32,997 nt of DNA from Candidatus Latescibacterota bacterium. GTDB lineage: Bacteria > Krumholzibacteriota > Krumholzibacteriia > WVZY01 > JAKEHA01. The stretch is from positions 1-32,997 of the forward strand of contig JAKEHA010000328.1 in the NCBI GenBank assembly GCA_022615275.1, written 5' to 3'. Position numbers and translations under genes: made by a program. Positions 9,988 through 18,027 of the stretch are shown piece by piece (the stretch's first letter is position 1; each line of letters starts with the position of its first letter). The notes below the pieces were generated by a model. That model saw only the letters and a list, made by a program, of their open reading frames with translations, was not told the origin of the DNA and did not search any database.

Positions 9988-11313
9988 ATGTCGCGCGGAC
10001 GCCGAGCCGCAGCAACCGTTACGGTCCTGATCGTCTCGATCTGGCTGGGCTCCACTGTACGCGCGCCACGGTACGAAGCGCCCCTCCCAATGGGGGGGGC
10101 GCTTTCGTTTGTGCCCGCGCCCGCACGCGCCGACACCGCGCTGTTTCCCTCGCCCTATCTCGCAAGCTTGCAAGAGAGCACTCCCATTCTCCCCGACGAC
10201 GAGATTCGCGCGCTGTGGGTGGTGCGCGACGCGCTCACCACCCCCGAGTCCATCGCGCGCCTGGTCGACTTCGCCGTACTGACGCGCACGCACATGCTCT
10301 TCGTCCAGGTGCGCGGTCGCGCCGATTCGTTCTATCGCTCCGCCGTCGACCCCGCGTCCTCCATCCTGCAAGCACCCGTCGCCGATTTCGACCCGCTCGC
10401 ATACCTCTTGAGCATCGCGCGCCGGCACAGTATCGCCGTGCACGCGTGGATCAACGTGTATCTCGTATGGTCCGACATGTCGAAGTCGCCGCCGTCGGGG
10501 CATCTTGCCGCACGCCATCCCGATTGGTTGTTGACCGACTCCCGGGGCGTGCGCATGGACCGCATGCAATCGTCGCGCTGGAAGCGCACGGGTGCCGAAG
10601 GCTGGTTCGTCTCGCCCGGCAGCCGTGCCATGCGCGAGCACATGGTGCGCGTCGTCCACGAACTCGTCACCGAGTACGAGATCGACGGCATTCATCTCGA
10701 CTACATTCGCTATCCCAACCGCGAGCTATCCTTCGACCCGGCGACGCGCGCGGAGTTCGCCGTCCAGTGGGGTGTGGACCCCGCGGAAGCCGCGCATGGT
10801 GACCGCGGCGCGCTCCAGCGCATGATCGGCGCGGGCGCACTCGCGCTCGTCGACAGTCTCTACAACGAGTCGCGCGTGGCCCAAGTCGACAGCATGGTGA
10901 TCGCGATTCGCGCCGCGTGCCGCCACAAGGCGCTCTCGGCCGCGGTAGTCGCGGATCCCTTCACCGCCCGCCACGACAAGGGACAGGACTGGGCACGCTG
11001 GGTCAACAATCGCTGGATGGACTTCGTCGTCCCGATGGGCTACAACTTCCCGCCGCTGGAGCTCGAGCACCGCGCGACCATCTACAATCGCATGGTGGGG
11101 AAGGAACGGTGGCTCATGGGCCTGGGCGTTTTCGACGGCCGCGACGAGTATCTCGCCGAGTCGGTGCAACTCCTGCGCGAAGTGGGTGTCATGGGCTTCT
11201 CGATCTTCTCGTACAACGTGCTTGAGGAGGAAGGCTTCGGCGCGGCGCTGATCGAGGAGGCAGTGCTGCCGCCGGATACGAGCTGGGTGGATGAGGAGTA
11301 CGAGGACGAATAA
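9988..11313 (+). CDS. Glycoside-hydrolase-like family 10 (GHL10/DUF187, YngK-like) secreted protein
   Basis: N-terminal signal-like segment. Blocks RALWVVRDAL, LFVQVRGRADSFYRS, DPLAYLL...HAWINVY and GIHLDYIRYP match my recollection of the GHL10 family. Confidence 0.75.
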   Translation: MSRGRRAAATVTVLIVSIWLGSTVRAPRYEAPLPMGGALSFVPAPARADTALFPSPYLASLQESTPILPDDEIRALWVVRDALTTPESIARLVDFAVLTRTHMLFVQVRGRADSFYRSAVDPASSILQAPVADFDPLAYLLSIARRHSIAVHAWINVYLVWSDMSKSPPSGHLAARHPDWLLTDSRGVRMDRMQSSRWKRTGAEGWFVSPGSRAMREHMVRVVHELVTEYEIDGIHLDYIRYPNRELSFDPATRAEFAVQWGVDPAEAAHGDRGALQRMIGAGALALVDSLYNESRVAQVDSMVIAIRAACRHKALSAAVVADPFTARHDKGQDWARWVNNRWMDFVVPMGYNFPPLELEHRATIYNRMVGKERWLMGLGVFDGRDEYLAESVQLLREVGVMGFSIFSYNVLEEEGFGAALIEEAVLPPDTSWVDEEYEDE

Positions 11314-11481
11314 GCCGACGAAATGTCATAGTACGGCGCCCCGGGACACGATGGACTAGATCGACCCTGGGAGTACTTCCCGGGCGCCGCGTCCACCTCG
11401 GGTCGGCAGACGCTACCGGAGCAAGCAGGTGCACGTGCTACCAGGATGCCGAACGGGCACCACACCCCACGGGATACAATG

Positions 11482-11978
11482 CTAATTCTGGCTCCGGTAA
11501 TGCGACGCTACAAACTCGAGCGGGGGAACATTCGCGATTGGCTCGAGGAGCCGCCGGTTGTTGATCCAATCGATCCACTCCAACGTCCGGAAACTCCGCC
11601 GCGCCAAACTGACGCAAGGGACTCGGCGTTCAATCAGATCGGTCTTGTAGAGCCCAATCACCGTCTCGGCGAGCGTCGTCTCATACGAGTCGCCCATACT
11701 TCCCGCCGAGGGCTCGATGCCGGCTTCCGCGATGCGTTCGGTGTAATGGATCGAAAATACTGCCACCCCTCGATCGCTGTGGTGAATCAACCCCGACATG
11801 TCGCCGCGCGCATGGATCCCTTGCTCCAGTGCATCGAGCGTGAGGTCGGTTTGTAGAGAGCGCGATGCTCGCCAGCCCACAATCGTGGGCGCAACACGTC
11901 GATCACAAACGCCATGTAGACGAAGCCATACCAGTTAGATTGCTCGTCTCGGTGGGCGGCGATGAAGGCCACCATCAC
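11482..11978 (-). pseudogene. IS3-family transposase (OrfB, rve/DDE integrase core) remnant: N-terminally truncated or internally deleted, and frameshifted
   Basis: ORF 11482-11880 reads GWRASRSLQTDLTLDALEQ...HHSDRG...EAGIEPSAGSMGDSYETTLAETVIGLYK...LEWIDWINNRRLLEPI. The upstream piece in another frame (11787-11978) reads FIAAHRDE..WYGFVYMAFVIDV. No OrfA is present. Confidence 0.8.
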
Positions 11979-13309
11979 CTCGGTTTAAGTCGTTCAACCG
12001 GCTGCCGAAAAGCGGCGCCGAACGCGCCGCAATCCCCTGCGATGCCCATGGGGCCGCATGCGCTAACAGGTGGCAAGCATGGCGAGTTCGACTGTAGATA
12101 GAAGTCGTCACTTGCAGCATTACAGAATAGCGGGTCAAGTGATAGGTTGCCCATCGTTCCAGACTGACTGGCGATGCATCCCGTCCAGTCTCCTATTTCA
12201 TTCCCGTAAACGTCAGAACACACGATGGTCACCGCTGGAGGGCCGAGAATCGAGTCACAGTAAACTGGCATGCTGCCCAGGTTAGAGGCCATGATCGTTC
12301 TCTCAAAACTAGTTGACGAGGAAGCTCCGCAGTTGATGGAGCTTCCCTTGCTCGCGCTGTTCCCGTAGAATACACTGGAGCTAATAGTCCCGACCGATGC
12401 CGCATACGCCCAAATCGCGCCGCCATTTTGTCCGCACGCGTTTCGCGCGAACGTGCAACTCTCCAATGAAAACTCACTATTCACGACATCAATGGCACCA
12501 CCATGACTTCCCGCAACGTTGTCGAGGAATACACACCCCATTGCTGCGAGCCGAGCGGGCTCGGCCACAAGGGAGGTCGAGTAGATAGCGCCTCCGCTAA
12601 AGGAGGCCCCGTTCCTTATGAATCGGCAATCCGTCATGGTCACACGTGAGGATAGATTCACGATCGCGGCACCGCTTGCGCTGCTATAGTTGTCCACGAA
12701 CGTGCAAGAACCTAGAACTGGTGATGCTTGCTGGCTGGCACGAATCGCGCCACCTACGTTTAACGCGAAAGTACATGCATTGAACGACGGTGAAGAGGAT
12801 TTGCAATCCACCGCTACATTGCCATGGAGACGAAACACCACGGATCGAAAGGCGGGCGAGCTTCCCTTCTCGCAAGTGATTGCACCACCGCCGCCGACAC
12901 CGTATCCATTTTCGACCGTTACCCCCTCGATTCTTGTTTGGTTAGTCTCTCCACTAGAGAAAAGAAAACCGCGGTGGGGCTCCACGTCATTTCCGACGCA
13001 ATCTATGATGCACAGACTTGGGTCACCGCTCTCAGAGCGAACAAGGATCCGTCGTCCCTTGAGATCCAAGTCGCGGTTGCCACCTCCCACAAACCTGCCG
13101 TTTGCAAGCGAAACAGTATCTCCATTAATCGACGCGTTGATTGCTGCTTGGATTGTCGGATAGTCACCCGTTCCGTCATACACGACTCGAATGTTGCGCG
13201 GATCGCGCAGTACTGGGGGCTTGGTCGGTGGGTCGTCATCGCAACCGATGGCCAAGGCTAGAACGCCGCCCAAGAGCAGGTGGGTATTAAAACGCAACAT
13301 CAAATTCAT
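11975..13309 (-). CDS. Lipoprotein with right-handed parallel beta-helix (PbH1) repeats
   Basis: Signal plus lipobox: MNLMLRFNTHLLLGGVLALAIGC. Repeated C.F..N...GGAI units occur, e.g. CTFVDNYSSASGAAI, CRFIRNGASFSGGAIY, CVFLDNVAGSHGGAI, CTFARNACGQNGGAIW. Confidence 0.75.
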   Translation of the reverse strand: MNLMLRFNTHLLLGGVLALAIGCDDDPPTKPPVLRDPRNIRVVYDGTGDYPTIQAAINASINGDTVSLANGRFVGGGNRDLDLKGRRILVRSESGDPSLCIIDCVGNDVEPHRGFLFSSGETNQTRIEGVTVENGYGVGGGGAITCEKGSSPAFRSVVFRLHGNVAVDCKSSSPSFNACTFALNVGGAIRASQQASPVLGSCTFVDNYSSASGAAIVNLSSRVTMTDCRFIRNGASFSGGAIYSTSLVAEPARLAAMGCVFLDNVAGSHGGAIDVVNSEFSLESCTFARNACGQNGGAIWAYAASVGTISSSVFYGNSASKGSSINCGASSSTSFERTIMASNLGSMPVYCDSILGPPAVTIVCSDVYGNEIGDWTGCIASQSGTMGNLSLDPLFCNAASDDFYLQSNSPCLPPVSACGPMGIAGDCGAFGAAFRQPVERLKPR

Positions 13310-13459
13310 TGAGCTGCCTCCATGGTCTATCTACATGACAGTATAACAGATAGGGCGTGGCCGACTAGCGGAGTCTTAACTTGACGATCCATCTGAATCG
13401 TGGGAAGCTGGTAAGCGTTGTAACGGAAACTTGTTGCTTCCTTTCGCTTCGTCGCACGA

Positions 13460-13858
13460 ATGCAACAAACCACGTCGTTATCGAGTCCGTGCCTCCGGTT
13501 TCTGTGCGTATTGCTTGCGCTTTGCGTGCCGGCATGTGCCAAGTACGTGCGCGTCACACCGTCCCAGCTCACACCGACTACGTCACGTGACACCTATCGG
13601 ATTACGATGGCTAGCGGGCATGTCTACGTCGCCAATCGATTGTCGTTGGAAGATAGCGTCCTAACGATTGGTGGAATAGAATTGAGTCCGGCGAATTCGA
13701 TCAAGGAAGAGTCAATCCTCACTGTTCCTCTTGTTGAAGTGCGAGCGATCGAGCGAGTTGACACTCATCCTCGTCGCACGATGTTCGTGATGGTCGGAGT
13801 GTTTGTCACGATTGCAGCTGCAATTACCGCGTTTTCGACGTTCGGTTCGTTCTCGTAG
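13460..13858 (+). CDS. Small hypothetical lipoprotein with C-terminal TM helix
   Basis: LLALCVPAC lipobox. C-terminal hydrophobic segment MFVMVGVFVTIAAAITAF. Ends 10 nt upstream of the giant ORF. No family recognised. Confidence 0.5.
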   Translation: MQQTTSLSSPCLRFLCVLLALCVPACAKYVRVTPSQLTPTTSRDTYRITMASGHVYVANRLSLEDSVLTIGGIELSPANSIKEESILTVPLVEVRAIERVDTHPRRTMFVMVGVFVTIAAAITAFSTFGSFS

Positions 13859-13867
13859 TGGCATGTC

Positions 13868-16800
13868 GTGCCGGAAGGGTATGAAGAAATGAGTTCGATT
13901 TCCACTCGTGTTGCGAAGCTCTGGATTGTCCTCCCTATGTTAATTGTGCCCGCAAGTGTCGTTGCGGAGGACTTGGACCTGAATGGTTTTCCCGATGCTA
14001 ATGAACAAGCGCTGGTTGATAGGTTTTGCCCTTCTCTCGTACTCAACTCCCTCGATAGGCAAGAGTCACCGGTGTGCCCGGAGCCCGTCGAAATAATCAC
14101 TGGGAAGATTTGGAATTCGTGGCGCGATTTGACCGCGCAGTCGTACCGGGGAGTCACGTTCCGGTTGAACACGACAGATGTCAATTACTCGCTATTGACG
14201 AACAGCGTACCGGAGCAAGGCTATCCGCCGCAGACTACGTATGATGGTTGCTTCCAAAACAGCCCTCCGTTGTCGGAAAAGCAGAAGCACTATGACTACG
14301 GTGACCCCGGCGAGGAGTGCGAGTGGCAGAGTTCGCATTGGAAGGACCAGCCCACGAACCCGGAAGGTGGTTGGTACACGATCTACGATCAGGGCGTTGG
14401 CGGTGCTTTTAGGGGAGCTGATTATCCGCATACGGTTTACGCGCATCCATTCTCTTTTGTTGAGGACAATGAAACGCAACTCGTGATACAGTACTGGTTC
14501 TTCTATCCATTCAACGATTGGGTCAACAATCATGAGGGCGACTGGGAACATATCAACGTGTTCATTACGTCAGATGATCCCAACTCTTCACAGATAGATA
14601 GAGTGGTCTACTATTTTCACGAAAGATACACGATTGCGGCTGACACGCAAATTGAGTATCCCAACGGTCCGTTTGATTGTTACGTCGTGGACGGCACTCA
14701 TCCGGTTGTTTTTGTTGGAGGATCGGCGAACGAGACTGACTGCGAGTTTGGAGTATGTGATAACGGCGCAGGGAACGGATCTCATGGATCTTACACCATG
14801 CCGGGTGTTTGGAACAACGTAAACGAGCGGGGATACGAGGACGAGCCCGACGGAGTCGGTCTCTGGATCCCGTGGTCGCAGATTGTTGACAACGATGACA
14901 GCGATTTGGATGGCGTTGTCCTGTTGAAGGAGAGAAACGCGTACAACTATGCCGCAAAGCCGTGGATGAGTTGGCACAATGCCAATATCTCATGGGGTCA
15001 TCCGAACGTGTGGTCGATGGGAAGCAATCACACGGAATTGATAGGGCTGTTTGGGGGCACGTCCATAGGTAGCGAATCGCCAAATGGCCCAGCATATCAG
15101 GATACTTGGAACGCTCCGTACGGAACAGAGAGGTTTCTCCAGTACATTTTCGTCGCACCGCATCCAAATGCAAGCGATGCGAATTGGTCGCCCCCACCGA
15201 GGATGGTCTTGACGTTCCCCGGTCAGAATGCGGAAGTATTCGGAGAGTTGGTTATTCAAGGCACCATTCACTATGCTGATGAGGTGACCCTGGACTGGGG
15301 TGTGGGAGCAGACCCAACCGAGTGGAGTGAGCTTGGGACTAGCGTTGAAGAAACCCCGGTTGTAGATTCAGCGATTGGTCGGTGGAATACCGGTTATGTG
15401 CCGGGCGGGACATACACCATACGCATTCGCTCTACGTATGGAGGCCAAATTTCGGAGGCCGTGCGAACCGTATCCGTATTGCACCGTACCGTATCGGTCG
15501 CGCAGGTAGGCGGCGACTTCGCGACCATACAGGAGGGCATTGACTATGCCGCAACGGGCGATACTGTTCGTGTCGCGATGGGAGGAGCAGCCTACCCTCC
15601 AACGAGCTTAACGATGAAGGCCGGTGTTCACCTTGTGGCCACGGGCGGGCCGGTGCGGGACGTCTTTGGTCTGGAAGACACACCTACAATCAGGATAGAG
15701 GATCACGACCAACCCGGAGGAGGCTCCGACGGTCCGCCAAGCACCATCGACGGTTTTACGTTCCGGCACAATCACGCGTTCCCGAGTGCGCCAGGTAGTT
15801 CGAGCGAGCACGGCGCCATAATCGATGGGTCCAGCCCAGCGTTCCGGAATTGCACGTTCAAGTACAACGTGGCAGATCGGGGGGGCGGCGTTCTTGTAAT
15901 TGCTTCACCAGGAAGGGTGACGCGGCCGATCTTCGAGAATTGCAAGTTCATCGGGAACCGAGGCAACAACGATGCAGGAGCGATCGCCATTGAGGATGTC
16001 GGGACGCCCCCAAAGACAGGCCAAGTAGGTTTCGAATGCTATGACTGCGAGTTTGCGGGTAACTTCGCGGGACAGGCTAGTGGCGGCACTGCGGTTAGTG
16101 CGGCTTACATTGACGCGCAAGGCGAACCGCTTGTATTGGCAGACTGCTCATTCAGCGAGCATGAGCAGGCTAGCACTGTGATTCTTCTGGCTGGCGTGAC
16201 AGACGCGAATTTCACGAACTGCGTGTTTTTTGATAACAGTACGATCGACCTAGTGCACATGGATCATCACTCCCGCCCGACGTTTGATCGTTGTACCTTC
16301 GCTAAGAACTATGGGGTCGATGGCGTTTTTGGCTGGAGCGAGCCCAACAACGGTTTCCCCGATATAAGCCGTTCGATTATCGCCTTCAATAATGGCCCTG
16401 TTTCAATTGGTAGCTCCGGGCTGACGACATCCATCGAGCTGGTGAACACAATAGTGTTCGCCAACCTCGATCAAGGGCGTGGCCCTTCGGACGCGGCGTG
16501 GGATGCGGCGTGGCTTTCAGCCATCCGTATTGATCCAGCGTTCTGTTCCACGGCCGGCTTTGATTTCCGGCTGTTTGCGTATTCACCAGCTTCCGCACCG
16601 ACCCTGCCAAACCTCGGCTATTTTGGTGAGCGAGTTGGGGCGTTCGACGTGGGGTGCGTACCGTCGGCCGATGTGACCGCTTCGTCGAGCGGGCAGATCA
16701 TCCCGGAGAAGCCATGGATCGTTGTCGCGTGCCCACAGGGGGATCAGTGCCCCAATGCCGCTAAGGATCTTGTCGTTACCGTCGACCTCGACGGTTCGAT

Positions 16801-17974
16801 CACTCGCGACATCGATTGGCGAGAGGTTGTACTCGATGCGGCGGACTGTGTATCGACTACTCGGGTGTTTGATCAGAGCGGGTTTGTAGAGGCCGGAGCG
16901 GAAGCCGTGGGTCCCGATTACGTCGCCACGATCACGCACAGCTATTGGGGCGGATATGGGGTGAACGACGTCGATGTTCTCTTGAATGGCCATCCCCTGG
17001 GGCCAGTAGCACACTTCGATCTTCGGACTTCTGATATCATGCCAGACGGCCAGATAGATCTGGGTGACTTCGCGATCTTCGGAAACTACTATCCACCGGG
17101 CGATCCCCCGAAGCCGTACAGCAGCCACGTTGACTACGACGACGACGGAACTGTGGAACTGGACGACTTCGCGACATTCGCCAGTCACTACAACCACGCG
17201 GCACCGGAGGGATATTTGCAGCTCAACCCGTCGAGTCAACCGGTGGAATCAGACGCGGGCATATCGCTTCAGTTTAGCGAGGAGTTTCCGACTGCCAACA
17301 GTCACCGACTATATGTCGACGTGACAGTGGAGAACTTTGCCGACGTAACGACATCGGTCTTCTCCATGCGAACCGGGAGCGATCGACTGACGTTCGTGGA
17401 GTGGCTGCCGGAAGGTAACGCCGTGGGCGAGGTTCTGTTTACCCCTGTCGTTCGAGACGGTGCGCAGGAACTCTTCTACGGCCTGTTCGTGTCGGAGTCG
17501 TACTCGGCGGTCAGTGGTGAACTCGGCCGGCTGGTGTTCGACGTCACCGGGACGGATCCGATTGAGATCTCTGACGACAACTTCGTGCTGATGGTCGGCG
17601 ACGTGCTTTTGGAGAGTGCTGGATCGGGCCAGGCCGTCGCCGCTCAAATGCGGGGAGTATTCGATCGGACTTTCGACCCGGCGGTCGCTCGGATCTATCA
17701 CAACCGGCTCGAGCAGAACTTCCCGAACCCGTTCAACCCAACGACGACCCTTTCGTTCTCGATCAAGGACGCTGGGAGCGTCAATCTCACGATCTATGAC
17801 GTCGCGGGGCGGCGGATTCGGGAACTCGTGAACGAGCGACGCGAGCGCGGGGCTTACAAGGTCGTGTGGGATGGGCAGAACGACGCAGGTCAAACGGTGG
17901 CGAGCGGCGTTTACTTCTACAAGCTGGTTGCGGCTTCGTTTACGGACACGAAGAAGATGACGATACTGAAGTAA
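13868..17974 (+). CDS. Giant secreted multidomain protein: Vps62/DUF946-like domain, beta-helix (PbH1) region, dockerin-like repeats, cohesin-like module, FlgD-Ig/T9SS-like C-terminal domain
   Basis: Single 1368-codon ORF. A likelier start is the ATG at 13889 (MSSISTRVAKLWIVLPMLIVPASVVA signal) after GGAAGGG. Motifs: QYWFFYPFNDWVNNHEGDWEHINVF; NCTF/NCKF/DCEF/NCVF/RCTF repeats; DGQIDLGDFAIF and DDDGTVELDDFATF; C-terminal NFPNPFNPTTTLSF...SGVYFYKL. Confidence 0.85.
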   Translation: MPEGYEEMSSISTRVAKLWIVLPMLIVPASVVAEDLDLNGFPDANEQALVDRFCPSLVLNSLDRQESPVCPEPVEIITGKIWNSWRDLTAQSYRGVTFRLNTTDVNYSLLTNSVPEQGYPPQTTYDGCFQNSPPLSEKQKHYDYGDPGEECEWQSSHWKDQPTNPEGGWYTIYDQGVGGAFRGADYPHTVYAHPFSFVEDNETQLVIQYWFFYPFNDWVNNHEGDWEHINVFITSDDPNSSQIDRVVYYFHERYTIAADTQIEYPNGPFDCYVVDGTHPVVFVGGSANETDCEFGVCDNGAGNGSHGSYTMPGVWNNVNERGYEDEPDGVGLWIPWSQIVDNDDSDLDGVVLLKERNAYNYAAKPWMSWHNANISWGHPNVWSMGSNHTELIGLFGGTSIGSESPNGPAYQDTWNAPYGTERFLQYIFVAPHPNASDANWSPPPRMVLTFPGQNAEVFGELVIQGTIHYADEVTLDWGVGADPTEWSELGTSVEETPVVDSAIGRWNTGYVPGGTYTIRIRSTYGGQISEAVRTVSVLHRTVSVAQVGGDFATIQEGIDYAATGDTVRVAMGGAAYPPTSLTMKAGVHLVATGGPVRDVFGLEDTPTIRIEDHDQPGGGSDGPPSTIDGFTFRHNHAFPSAPGSSSEHGAIIDGSSPAFRNCTFKYNVADRGGGVLVIASPGRVTRPIFENCKFIGNRGNNDAGAIAIEDVGTPPKTGQVGFECYDCEFAGNFAGQASGGTAVSAAYIDAQGEPLVLADCSFSEHEQASTVILLAGVTDANFTNCVFFDNSTIDLVHMDHHSRPTFDRCTFAKNYGVDGVFGWSEPNNGFPDISRSIIAFNNGPVSIGSSGLTTSIELVNTIVFANLDQGRGPSDAAWDAAWLSAIRIDPAFCSTAGFDFRLFAYSPASAPTLPNLGYFGERVGAFDVGCVPSADVTASSSGQIIPEKPWIVVACPQGDQCPNAAKDLVVTVDLDGSITRDIDWREVVLDAADCVSTTRVFDQSGFVEAGAEAVGPDYVATITHSYWGGYGVNDVDVLLNGHPLGPVAHFDLRTSDIMPDGQIDLGDFAIFGNYYPPGDPPKPYSSHVDYDDDGTVELDDFATFASHYNHAAPEGYLQLNPSSQPVESDAGISLQFSEEFPTANSHRLYVDVTVENFADVTTSVFSMRTGSDRLTFVEWLPEGNAVGEVLFTPVVRDGAQELFYGLFVSESYSAVSGELGRLVFDVTGTDPIEISDDNFVLMVGDVLLESAGSGQAVAAQMRGVFDRTFDPAVARIYHNRLEQNFPNPFNPTTTLSFSIKDAGSVNLTIYDVAGRRIRELVNERRERGAYKVVWDGQNDAGQTVASGVYFYKLVAASFTDTKKMTILK

Positions 17975-17996
17975 GTCGACTCGGGTACCTTTGAGC

Positions 17997-18024
17997 GGCC
18001 GGCATTGGTTCGACAGTGCCGGCC
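17997..18024. terminator. GC-rich hairpin between convergent genes (possible bidirectional terminator)
   Basis: GGCCGGCA (17997-18004) pairs with TGCCGGCC (18017-18024) around a 12-nt loop. No clear U-tract on either strand. Confidence 0.3.
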
Positions 18025-18027
18025 GTT

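Noticed and set aside
11335-11388. 11-bp inverted repeat (GGCGCCCCGGGA ... TCCCGGGCGCC) after the GHL10 gene, considered as a terminator or IS boundary.
   Set aside because: The loop is 31 nt and there is no U-tract. It cannot be tied to the IS end without the parent IS sequence. Noted only.
11446-11856. 136-aa plus-strand ORF.
   Set aside because: It is the antisense frame of the clearly recognisable IS3 transposase remnant.
13327-13664. Short overlapping ORFs in the divergent region between the beta-helix lipoprotein gene and the 132-aa lipoprotein gene.
   Set aside because: No RBS, no motifs, and they are mutually overlapping. Most likely this is a promoter region.
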